A DNA stretch of 64,000 nucleotides from Calditrichaceae bacterium (lineage in GTDB: Bacteria > Calditrichota > Calditrichia > Calditrichales > JBFXGD01): the NCBI GenBank assembly GCA_050173015.1, contig JBFXLE010000005.1, positions 172,120-236,119 of the forward strand. Direction: 5' to 3'. The notes under the pieces were generated by a model that saw only the letters and a program-made list of their open reading frames with translations, had not been told where the DNA came from and ran no database searches. The translations under genes and the position numbers were made by a program. Shown piece by piece: positions 49,688 to 58,519 of the stretch (positions are counted from its first letter, which is position 1; each line of letters starts with the position of its first letter).

Positions 49688-50605
49688 TTAGACTTTTTTA
49701 CCGGTTTTTAAAACCTTCTCCGCCGTCAACAACAAATCTCTAAGAATCGCCTCTCCGTGAGGATCTTCGACAAGTCCCACCAGTATATAACGCCGCCATT
49801 CCGGACCCCAGACCATTACAGAATCTGAATGCCAGTTCCGCCAGGTGCCTGATTTTCTGTATATCTTGGCATCCGGAACGACTTCGTCCAGACTATGCAC
49901 AAATTTATGATGAAGTTCAGGATCCGAAAGAAAATCCAGCATTTGGGCTGAGCGATCCCGGCTAACCAGTTTTCCGAACGCCAGTAAATAATAATAGCGG
50001 CAAACCTGTGTGGCGGTAGCGCCGTGACTTAGACCCATTAAAGGATCAGGATAGCGTTTTCCCAATTTCGCGTAACGTTTGCCAACCCACAATCCTCCCC
50101 CCAATTCCGGCGCGTATAACTGATACTCTGGATTCATAAGGACAGCCTGGATTTTTTTAAATCCGACCCGGTCAATCATTCTCGTTGCCGCCGAATTATC
50201 TGATTTACTGATCATGATACGCATATCTTGCAATACTTCAGGTGACTCTTCAAGCGTACCATCTTCAAGCGACTGCGATGCGCCCAACAGGATTGCCAGT
50301 TTTGGTAAACTTGCCGCATACATCATCAGATCGCCGTTAACTCTGGCAAACCTTACATGATGCGGGTCGCTGATGTCAACGAGGCCGACCGACATTTTCT
50401 TTTTATCGATCAGTCTGGCCCAGGTTTTATCTTTACGAAGCTGTTTTTCCAATTCAGCCTGAAAATCATTGTCAACCAGTTTCCTTAAAGGTTTGATTTC
50501 CTTGTCAGCGATAGAATAAGGGAGTGGTTCGTCTTTGTTGGTCTGAGTGAAGCCATGAGGAATGAACACCAAAAATGCAGTAATCAAAAGATAGAGTATT
50601 TTCAT
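49688..50605 (-). CDS. Exported serine hydrolase, class A beta-lactamase/PBP fold
   Basis: AASLPK (SxxK), SDN, KSG; signal peptide. Confidence 0.85.
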   Translation of the reverse strand: MKILYLLITAFLVFIPHGFTQTNKDEPLPYSIADKEIKPLRKLVDNDFQAELEKQLRKDKTWARLIDKKKMSVGLVDISDPHHVRFARVNGDLMMYAASLPKLAILLGASQSLEDGTLEESPEVLQDMRIMISKSDNSAATRMIDRVGFKKIQAVLMNPEYQLYAPELGGGLWVGKRYAKLGKRYPDPLMGLSHGATATQVCRYYYLLAFGKLVSRDRSAQMLDFLSDPELHHKFVHSLDEVVPDAKIYRKSGTWRNWHSDSVMVWGPEWRRYILVGLVEDPHGEAILRDLLLTAEKVLKTGKKV

Positions 50606-50919
50606 AAATGTAATCCTTAAAAAATGTTGTAATCACCCCGGATCACGCCGATTAATTCGAGAATTAAACGAGACTGAAATATGTTAGTTCACGGAAATAA
50701 CCGGAAATAATACAAATTCATAAAATATATTTGAATAAACAAGATATTTTTAAACGCCGGTTATATTGGTCATAAAACAATATTTATTCCTGGTCAAAAT
50801 GATTGAAATGTGATAATTTTATTTTTTGTTTTGAGAACTACGATTTATCTTATATCATAATAGAGTGTATTTAATATATTTGGATAAACTCAGGTCAGGC
50901 CGAAACTCTGGGGTGCGCC

Positions 50920-53900
50920 ATGTTTAAAAACAACAACATCAAACGAATCTTTATGACTGGCGCTACCGCGGCGCTGGTGCTTATGTCCGTTTCGATAGGT
51001 TTTTTCTGGATAACGGCCGAATTCCGTCAGTTTGAACAACAGTCGGAAGAGCTGGAAAAAACATACATTGAATCGCAAAAAAAAATGGTAAAGGATCAGG
51101 TCGAAAATGTCATTAACTATATTCATTATAACCGGGCGATCTACGAAAAAAACCTTCAGGATGATTTAAAACAGCGTGTTTATCAGGCGCATGCCATAGC
51201 CTCCAATATTTACAACCAATATAAAGATCGGTATCCGGAAGCAGATTTAAAAAAAATGATCCTTGACGCTCTTAGGCCTGCCCGTTTTAACAACGGCCGG
51301 AGTTATTTTATTGTGACGGATCTTTACGGCATATCTCAGTTATATCCCCCGGAACCGTCAGTTGAAGGCACCAGCCTGGGAGAATGGGTTGATGCAGACG
51401 GGAAATATGTAACCAAAGAAATTATCGCGCTCTTAAAAAAGGAAGGAGAAACGTATCGAAAATATTTCTGGCACCGCCAGGATGAAAACTCTGAAAAGAC
51501 ATATCCTAAGATAGGGTTTGTAAAAATCTTTAAGCCATTCAACTGGTTTATCGGCACCGGAGAATTTCTTGATAATGTCGAGAATGATATAAAGAAAGAA
51601 GTTCTGGAGCGAATATCCAGAATTAGTTATGATGAAAACGGTTATGTCTTTGTGAACACCTTTGATGGGATCGCTCTGATTATTGACTCAGAAAAATACA
51701 AAGCCGGCGATAATGTCTGGGAATTGACGGATCCTAATGGTGTAAAAGTTGTACAGTTAGAGAGAAAAGCGGCCGAAAATCCTGAAGGAGGATTTATCCA
51801 TTACTCCTGGGTAAAACCGTCAACCAGCCAATATTCACCAAAAATATCATTTATTAAAGCGGTAAATGACTGGAAATGGATGATAGGCGCCGGTGTATAT
51901 CTTGATGACATAAATAGCGTTATATCGGCGCACAAACATCAGTTGAAGATGGGAGTGATGCAGCACATCATCAGCATTTTGCTGCTCTTTTTATTTGTAC
52001 TTACACTAACCATTCTTTTATCAAATTATTACTCGGAAAAAATTAAAGATGAATTCGATATATTTACATCTTTCTTTAAGGAGGCGGCGCACAAGCATAA
52101 GAAGATCACTGAAGGAAAGCTGAAACTCAATGAATTTAAAGTACTTGCGGAATCGGCGAATTATATGGTTGGGGAAAGGGAGAAAATCGAAAATGAACTT
52201 GTGATAAATAAGCAGAGAATGGACGATTTAATTTCGAGTGTTAATGGTTTTCTTTGGAGCGCGAATGTAGATAAAAATAAAAATATCAATCATACTATTT
52301 ATACGGAAAGTATTTACAGAATAACGGGGTACAAATCAGAAGAATTTTTAAATGTATCTAAAAATCTCTGGGTATCTATTATACATCCTGATGATTCTGA
52401 ATTTGTAAAGGCGTCAATCAATTCCCTTCTGAATAGTCAGGCGGCTCACGGAGAATACCGTATTATAAGAAAAGATGGTAAAATTCGCTGGCTTTATGAA
52501 ACAGCGGAACCGCTTTTGGATGAGAATGGCAGAACCTGCCAAATAAACGGTGTGTGCGTGGATATAACCGATCGCATAAAGGCGGAAGAAGATCTGGAGG
52601 CGGAAAAAGAACGATTGGCCGTGACATTGAGAAGTATCGGTGATGCCGTAATAACCACTGATACACATGGTAATATTGTAATGCTGAATAAGGTAGCGGA
52701 GGAGCTGACCGGCTGGACGCAATCCGAAGCTCATGGAAAACCCCTGAACAAGGTATTCAGAATTATCGATGAAAAAACAAAAAAGCCGGCAGAAAATCCG
52801 GTTAAAAAAGTCATGAAATCGGGAACGATTGTAGGATTGGCAAGCTCTACACTGTTAATTTCTAAGGACGGGACGGAGAGAATTATTGCCGACAGCGGCG
52901 CGCCGATCAGAGATAAGGGCAGCAAAATACTTGGTATAGTATTGGTTTTCAGAGACATTACTGAGCATCGGAAGCTTGAAAACGAAGTCTTAAAGAATAG
53001 AAAACTTGAATCGGTTGGATTGCTCGCGGGGGGGATAGCTCATGACTTTAATAATCTGCTGACAGCGATTCTTGGAAATATATCACTTGCAAAATTGAAT
53101 CTTAAGCCCGGAGAGCGAACGTTTGACCGGCTCGAAGACGCCGAAAAAGCGACCATGAGGGCAAAAGATCTGACCCAACAACTATTAACTTTTTCACGCG
53201 GAGGAGCGCCGGTCAAAAAATTATCGGATGTGGGAATACTCATAAGGGAGACGTCTGAGTTTGCGTTGAGAGGATCCAATGTAAAATCAAAAATATCAAT
53301 CCCGGAGAATCTATGGTCGATCGAAGTTGATGAAGGGCAGTTAAGTCAGGTCATAAATAATCTCGTTATAAACGCCGATCAGGCGATGCCGGAAGGCGGT
53401 ACTCTTGAAATAATTGCGGATAATTTGAATGCCAAGGGAGAAAAAAACAGTCTGCTTAAAAAAGGAAAGTATATAAGGCTGGTCATACGAGATCAGGGAA
53501 TTGGGATCCCGATGAACCATCTGGATAAAATATTTGATCCCTATTTTACAACAAAACAGCATGGAAACGGATTGGGGCTTGCCACAACGCATTCGATAAT
53601 AAAAAATCATCAGGGATATATTACAGTCAAGTCAGAGCTTGGAAATGGAACGGAATTTATCATTTATCTTCCAGCTATCTCAAAAACTAAAAAAGCGGGT
53701 CTTTCCGGAGCTAAAAAAATAACCGGAGGCAGCGGAAACATTCTGGTTATGGATGACGATGACCTTATATTGAAGGCCTGCGCTAATATGTTAAAAAGTT
53801 TAGGATATAAAGTCGTTTTAGCTCCTGACGGCGGTGAAGCAATCGAAAAATATACACTGGCCCGGAGTTCAGGTGAACCGTTTGACCTGATCATGATGGA

Positions 53901-54138
53901 TTTAACTGTTCCGGGCGGCATGGGCGGTAAGGAAACAATTCGGAAAATGAAAGAAATTGAACCGGGGCTGAAAGCGATTGTCATGAGCGGATATTCAAAT
54001 GATCCGGTGATGGCAAATTATGAGGAATATGGTTTTATGGGTGTAATAACCAAGCCTTTCAATATTGAAGAGCTGGCCGCGACGGTCGGCAGGGTTATTT
54101 CAGACGGGCATGAGGAAAAGAAACAAATAAACGATTAA
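50920..54138 (+). CDS. Hybrid sensor histidine kinase (Cache x2, PAS x2, HisKA, HATPase, receiver)
   Basis: Two TM segments flank tandem Cache domains; PAS (IHPDD, SIGDAVI); H-box AHDFNNLL; G-boxes; receiver DDD…D…KPF. Confidence 0.93.
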   Translation: MFKNNNIKRIFMTGATAALVLMSVSIGFFWITAEFRQFEQQSEELEKTYIESQKKMVKDQVENVINYIHYNRAIYEKNLQDDLKQRVYQAHAIASNIYNQYKDRYPEADLKKMILDALRPARFNNGRSYFIVTDLYGISQLYPPEPSVEGTSLGEWVDADGKYVTKEIIALLKKEGETYRKYFWHRQDENSEKTYPKIGFVKIFKPFNWFIGTGEFLDNVENDIKKEVLERISRISYDENGYVFVNTFDGIALIIDSEKYKAGDNVWELTDPNGVKVVQLERKAAENPEGGFIHYSWVKPSTSQYSPKISFIKAVNDWKWMIGAGVYLDDINSVISAHKHQLKMGVMQHIISILLLFLFVLTLTILLSNYYSEKIKDEFDIFTSFFKEAAHKHKKITEGKLKLNEFKVLAESANYMVGEREKIENELVINKQRMDDLISSVNGFLWSANVDKNKNINHTIYTESIYRITGYKSEEFLNVSKNLWVSIIHPDDSEFVKASINSLLNSQAAHGEYRIIRKDGKIRWLYETAEPLLDENGRTCQINGVCVDITDRIKAEEDLEAEKERLAVTLRSIGDAVITTDTHGNIVMLNKVAEELTGWTQSEAHGKPLNKVFRIIDEKTKKPAENPVKKVMKSGTIVGLASSTLLISKDGTERIIADSGAPIRDKGSKILGIVLVFRDITEHRKLENEVLKNRKLESVGLLAGGIAHDFNNLLTAILGNISLAKLNLKPGERTFDRLEDAEKATMRAKDLTQQLLTFSRGGAPVKKLSDVGILIRETSEFALRGSNVKSKISIPENLWSIEVDEGQLSQVINNLVINADQAMPEGGTLEIIADNLNAKGEKNSLLKKGKYIRLVIRDQGIGIPMNHLDKIFDPYFTTKQHGNGLGLATTHSIIKNHQGYITVKSELGNGTEFIIYLPAISKTKKAGLSGAKKITGGSGNILVMDDDDLILKACANMLKSLGYKVVLAPDGGEAIEKYTLARSSGEPFDLIMMDLTVPGGMGGKETIRKMKEIEPGLKAIVMSGYSNDPVMANYEEYGFMGVITKPFNIEELAATVGRVISDGHEEKKQIND

Positions 54139-54250
54139 TGATGATCATGATATGGGGCTGAATGAATTAATTTTATTTATCAGATATTTTTCATAAATTT
54201 GAACCTTACCGGAAATTTAGTTATGCCCGCAGATATTAAGAGGAAAATTA

Positions 54251-54763
54251 GTGGTAAACGAGACATTCAAGACAAAAATTTTCAGATGGGGGATGAACAT
54301 CTTTCCCGCCTATCGGGGCACGGGAGCGCGCATTATCCATATTTCAGGTGACTGGACCAATGTCCGGATTAAAATTCCCCTGAGTATGAGAACAAGAAAT
54401 TATGTCAATACTATTTTTGGTGGAAGCATGTACGGCGGAGTTGATCCGATTTATATGCTGATGCTGCTAAAAATATTAGGACCGGATTATATCGTATGGG
54501 ATAAAGCCGCTACAATCCGGTTTATGAAACCGGGGCGGCAGACCCTCTACGCGGATTTCACTCTGGATAAAAATGAAATCGATGAGATTGTTTCACTTTT
54601 GAAATTTAGTTCAAAAACGGATCGAAAGTACCTGGTTGAACTCAAATCATCGGATGGGGTCACACACGCGAAAATCGAAAAGACAATCCATATCAGCTTA
54701 AAAAACAAAGCCAACGAGCCGGTAGAATCTAAAATGTTCCGGGCCGGGGAGTCCGCGCGGTAA
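54251..54763 (+). CDS. Hotdog-fold thioesterase-like protein (DUF4442/YiiD-like)
   Basis: RNYVNTIFGGSM and VWDKAATIRF.KPG motifs. Confidence 0.85.
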   Translation: MVNETFKTKIFRWGMNIFPAYRGTGARIIHISGDWTNVRIKIPLSMRTRNYVNTIFGGSMYGGVDPIYMLMLLKILGPDYIVWDKAATIRFMKPGRQTLYADFTLDKNEIDEIVSLLKFSSKTDRKYLVELKSSDGVTHAKIEKTIHISLKNKANEPVESKMFRAGESAR

Positions 54764-54903
54764 TTTTTTTAATTCACACCCGCTATTTTAATATTTCCAG
54801 CCACAAAGAAGTTAGTAAAATAACATGAGACACCGGGGAATTTTCCTCCATTTTCCTTCGCTAAATCTAATATAGATTCAATCATTAAATATTGGAGTAT
54901 CCA

Positions 54904-55767
54904 ATGAATAACATAGATAAACGGGGATATGTACACCCCGAAGTACTGGTGTCAACGGATTGGGTGGAAGAAAATCTAAAAAATCCGGGGATACGAATTA
55001 TCGAGTCAAATGAGGACACGCTTTTGTACACGGCAGGGCATATACCCGGCGCCGTGCATGTGGACTGGACAACGGATTTAAATGATCAGATTCGCCGGGA
55101 TTATATACACCGCGGCGCGTTCGAAGAACTGATGTCCAGGATTGGCATGACAAAAGACACAACGGCAGTTTTTTATGGTGATAAGAATAACTGGTGGGCA
55201 TGCTACGCTTTTTGGGTGTTTAGTCTGTTTGGTCATAAACGGATGAAGATTATGGATGGCGGTCGCGTTAAGTGGGAAAAGGAACACCGTGTCATGACAA
55301 GAGAAGCGCCAAAATATCCGGTGAGTAAGTACGCGGCGAAGGAGCGAACGGACCGCGATATTCGCGCTTTCAGGCAGGACGTTTTAAAACATGTTGAGAA
55401 AAAGCTGCCGCTTGTCGATGTGCGCAGTCCTGAAGAATACAGCGGTGAGCGATTGCATATGGAAGGTTATCCCAATGAAGGGGCATTAAGAGGCGGTCAT
55501 ATTCCCGGAGCGGCGAATGTGCCGTGGAGCATGGCGGTGAATACGGATAACGGCACGTTCAAGGATGCGCAGGAATTAAAAGAAATATATCTGCGCAAGC
55601 AGGGATTGAAACCTGATAATGACATTATCACCTATTGCAGGATCGGTGAACGAAGCAGTCTGTCATGGTTTGTGCTCACCTATCTGCTTGGTTATAATCA
55701 TGTGCGAAATTATGACGGATCATGGACAGAGTACGGGAATCTTGTAAACGTGCCGATTGAGAAATAG
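54904..55767 (+). CDS. sseA: Tandem-rhodanese thiosulfate/3-mercaptopyruvate sulfurtransferase (SseA/CysA-like)
   Basis: LVSTDW, GHIPGA x2, DVRS, active-site YCRIGER, YDGSWTE signature. Confidence 0.9.
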   Translation: MNNIDKRGYVHPEVLVSTDWVEENLKNPGIRIIESNEDTLLYTAGHIPGAVHVDWTTDLNDQIRRDYIHRGAFEELMSRIGMTKDTTAVFYGDKNNWWACYAFWVFSLFGHKRMKIMDGGRVKWEKEHRVMTREAPKYPVSKYAAKERTDRDIRAFRQDVLKHVEKKLPLVDVRSPEEYSGERLHMEGYPNEGALRGGHIPGAANVPWSMAVNTDNGTFKDAQELKEIYLRKQGLKPDNDIITYCRIGERSSLSWFVLTYLLGYNHVRNYDGSWTEYGNLVNVPIEK

Positions 55768-55787
55768 ACAGCAAAGTCAAACGATCA

Positions 55788-56240
55788 ATGGAAGACTTAA
55801 TGCGGGTACCGGACAAGCTGGCGGAACTAATTGAAAATCTATCTCTTGCAGATGATCTGACCGATCGCGCGGAGTTTCTTATAAGTTACGCGGATCAATA
55901 TCGGGAAGTACCTCCGGAAATTGCCAAACGTCCGTTTCCGGAAAAAAACAAAATTCCGTATTGTGAATCGGAGGCGTATATCTGGTCTGTTCTCCGGGAT
56001 GACGGAACGGTTAAATTATATTTTGCCGTTGAGAATCCATCCGGAATATCAGCGAAAGCATTAGCAGCCATCCTGGAGAAAACACTTTCCGGTCTGACAG
56101 CCCGTGAGATCGCGGAAATTCCGGATGAAATCGTCTATAAAATTTTCAGACAAAATATTTCAATGGGAAAAGGAATGGGACTTATGGCCATGGTACAGGC
56201 CGTTCGCTCCTTAGCGAGAAATCATTTATCCTCATTATAG
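55788..56240 (+). CDS. sufE: SufE family Fe-S metabolism sulfur acceptor
   Basis: CES motif; LSGLT..EI pattern; adjacent to the sulfurtransferase. Confidence 0.8.
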   Translation: MEDLMRVPDKLAELIENLSLADDLTDRAEFLISYADQYREVPPEIAKRPFPEKNKIPYCESEAYIWSVLRDDGTVKLYFAVENPSGISAKALAAILEKTLSGLTAREIAEIPDEIVYKIFRQNISMGKGMGLMAMVQAVRSLARNHLSSL

Positions 56241-56258
56241 CAATGAATATATGACGTC

Positions 56259-56519
56259 TTAAATTATTTCATTATCTAAATCGGGATCTGGTTCTTCATG
56301 GTTGAACGAGAATTCATCGTCGATATATCCCGCTGATTCAAGATACTGACGTACAAAAGAATTGATAAAATCATTCAATTCCTGCCAAAGATAACCCGAA
56401 TCCAGAATTTCATTATGAATATAATCTTCGTATTTGTGTAAATCCTTGTCCAGAATGCTAAGGACATATTCACCCAGGGATTTTTCATTATACCAATCCC
56501 TGTTCCTTCCATTACCCAT
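56259..56519 (-). CDS. Small acidic hypothetical protein
   Basis: 86-aa ORF, very D/E-rich, AAAGG upstream; converges on sufE. Confidence 0.5.
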   Translation of the reverse strand: MGNGRNRDWYNEKSLGEYVLSILDKDLHKYEDYIHNEILDSGYLWQELNDFINSFVRQYLESAGYIDDEFSFNHEEPDPDLDNEII

Positions 56520-56872
56520 ACGATACCCTTTCGTTATATAGAACTGTTACTGTCAATTTTTTAAGTTTGCCCGAAAATGCTTCCGCTATCCGGATTATCG
56601 AGAAATATACCAACATCGACAATTTATAAAGAAACTGAATAAATTTGATGAGGAGAATGATAAAAATCAATCGGAAATTTACATTTCTTTCAGGAATCAA
56701 ATGAAATAATTCCTTGTTATAAAAATTAGAATTCCGGTTTGAATAATTGTCGGCTCAATAAAAAATAACACCATACGCTTCAACTGACGGATATATTTTC
56801 GATATAAATTTAATATCGTGTGAAATCCACCGCAGAAATCATTTTGACGGTGGCCAGAAGAGGAAACTGAAC

Positions 56873-57736
56873 ATGAAAACACACCTGAGTGAAAAATGGC
56901 AGCGGCTTGGTAAGGTCAATCCCGTGAATCTGACAAAAGCTCGTATTGAGCTTCATCAGGCTTCACAAATAATCGCGGCAATTGGATCATCCTATCTGGA
57001 ACCCAGGGAGGATGCCGGTCATTCCAACATGGAATGGCTGGGGGATAATCAGGTTTTTGCCGGAAATAAAATCGGCGGCAAAAAGAAATATCGGGTGGCG
57101 TTGCATCCGACTGACCTTAAACTGCAGTTTCTGGATGGCAGCGGAAAAATTCTATCAGAATTTGCCCTGGAAGGTCGATTGATGGATGGCGCGGTTGAGT
57201 GGCTGAGAGAGGAACTTACATCTCACGGATTTGATAAATCAAAATTTAATTTTCCTGATAACCTTAAACTTCCCGCGGCCAGTCAGTCGCTGGGGCAGCC
57301 GTTCAGGATGGATATGGCGGCGGCTTTCGAAGAACATGCCAAATATTTCAGCAATGCAGATTTAATTCTGAGAGAGGTGCTTAAGGAAGTGGACGGGGCT
57401 TCAGAAGTCCGCTGCTGGCCGCATCATTTTGATATCGCCTCGCTGATTACAGTGGATAAAAAACTTGAAAAGTCTATTGGCGTTGGCCTGTCGCCCGGTG
57501 ACGACAGTTACAATGAACCCTATTTTTACGTGACCCCATGGCCATATCCGGACGAGAAACTTGTCGGGTCCCATGATCTTTCCGGGGAAGGATTCTGGCA
57601 TACCAAGGGCTGGATAGGCGCGGTACTCCCGGGTTCAGAGATAATTAAGGAGACCTCCCGGGAAGCCCAGGTTATAAAGAATCTTCTTTTTCTCGAAAGC
57701 GCTATCAATGCCTGTTCTAAAATTCTTGCATCCTAA
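56873..57736 (+). CDS. DUF5996-like protein
   Basis: WPHHFDIA and G.SPGD…EPYFYV.PWP motifs; RBS GAGG. Confidence 0.65.
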   Translation: MKTHLSEKWQRLGKVNPVNLTKARIELHQASQIIAAIGSSYLEPREDAGHSNMEWLGDNQVFAGNKIGGKKKYRVALHPTDLKLQFLDGSGKILSEFALEGRLMDGAVEWLREELTSHGFDKSKFNFPDNLKLPAASQSLGQPFRMDMAAAFEEHAKYFSNADLILREVLKEVDGASEVRCWPHHFDIASLITVDKKLEKSIGVGLSPGDDSYNEPYFYVTPWPYPDEKLVGSHDLSGEGFWHTKGWIGAVLPGSEIIKETSREAQVIKNLLFLESAINACSKILAS

Positions 57737-57759
57737 TAACTGTCAGAGATTCATTTTTA

Positions 57760-58512
57760 ATGCTCAAATTGGAAAAAGTGACAAAGTCGTTTGCAAATAC
57801 GACTGCCGTAAATTCATTAAACCTGAAAATTAAATCGGGTGAAACAACCGTTTTGATTGGTCCGAGCGGTTGCGGCAAATCGACTATCCTGCGGCTGATG
57901 ATCGGCTTGATTAAACCGGATAGTGGGGTAGTGTACTTTGTGGATGAGAAGTTAACAAGGGATAATATCGGGAATGCCCGACTAAGGATGGGATATGTTA
58001 TTCAGGATGGTGGTTTATTTCCGCATTTAACAGCCCGCGACAATATAACAATCATGTCAAAATATCTGGGTTGGCACAAAAAAGAGATGGATGACCGTTT
58101 GTTAGAACTTACAGCGCTTTCACGATTCCCGGAAACCGGATTGGATCGCTTCCCCGTTCAGCTTTCAGGGGGACAAAAACAGCGGGTGAGTCTTATGAGG
58201 GCGTTGATGCTTGATCCCGATATTTTGCTTTTGGACGAACCGCTTGGCGCGCTTGATCCGATGATCCGGTCAGAATTGCAGGAAGATCTTCGAAGTATTT
58301 TCAAAAAGCTCAATAAAACGGTGGTCATGGTAACGCATGATATGGCAGAAGCAGGTTTTTTTGGCGATAAAATCGTCCTGTTGCGCGAAGGAGAAGTAAT
58401 CCAGAGCGGAAGTTTTCAGGAAATGTTAACCTCGCCTAAAGATCCGTTTGTGACCAGGTTTATTAATGCCCAGCGCTCTCCGCTGGAGAGGCTTCATGAA
58501 TCGGTCAGGTGA
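57760..58512 (+). CDS. Osmoprotectant/betaine-type ABC transporter ATP-binding subunit (OpuBA/EgtV-like)
   Basis: GPSGCGKS, GYVIQ..GLFPH, LSGGQKQR, DEPLGALDP, VTHD. Confidence 0.92.
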   Translation: MLKLEKVTKSFANTTAVNSLNLKIKSGETTVLIGPSGCGKSTILRLMIGLIKPDSGVVYFVDEKLTRDNIGNARLRMGYVIQDGGLFPHLTARDNITIMSKYLGWHKKEMDDRLLELTALSRFPETGLDRFPVQLSGGQKQRVSLMRALMLDPDILLLDEPLGALDPMIRSELQEDLRSIFKKLNKTVVMVTHDMAEAGFFGDKIVLLREGEVIQSGSFQEMLTSPKDPFVTRFINAQRSPLERLHESVR

Positions 58513-58519
58513 TCAGATT

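Noticed and set aside
45523-50605. Calling the two serine hydrolases beta-lactam resistance genes
   Set aside because: SxxK/SxN/KSG are shared by all PBP-fold enzymes, and no class A omega-loop glutamate motif is evident.
54904-55767. Anaerobic ergothioneine synthase EanB
   Set aside because: The size and CRIGER active-site loop fit ordinary two-domain SseA/CysA rhodaneses, and EgtB is already present.
56512-56882. Two short minus-strand ORFs
   Set aside because: AT-rich divergent promoter region; no RBS or motif support.
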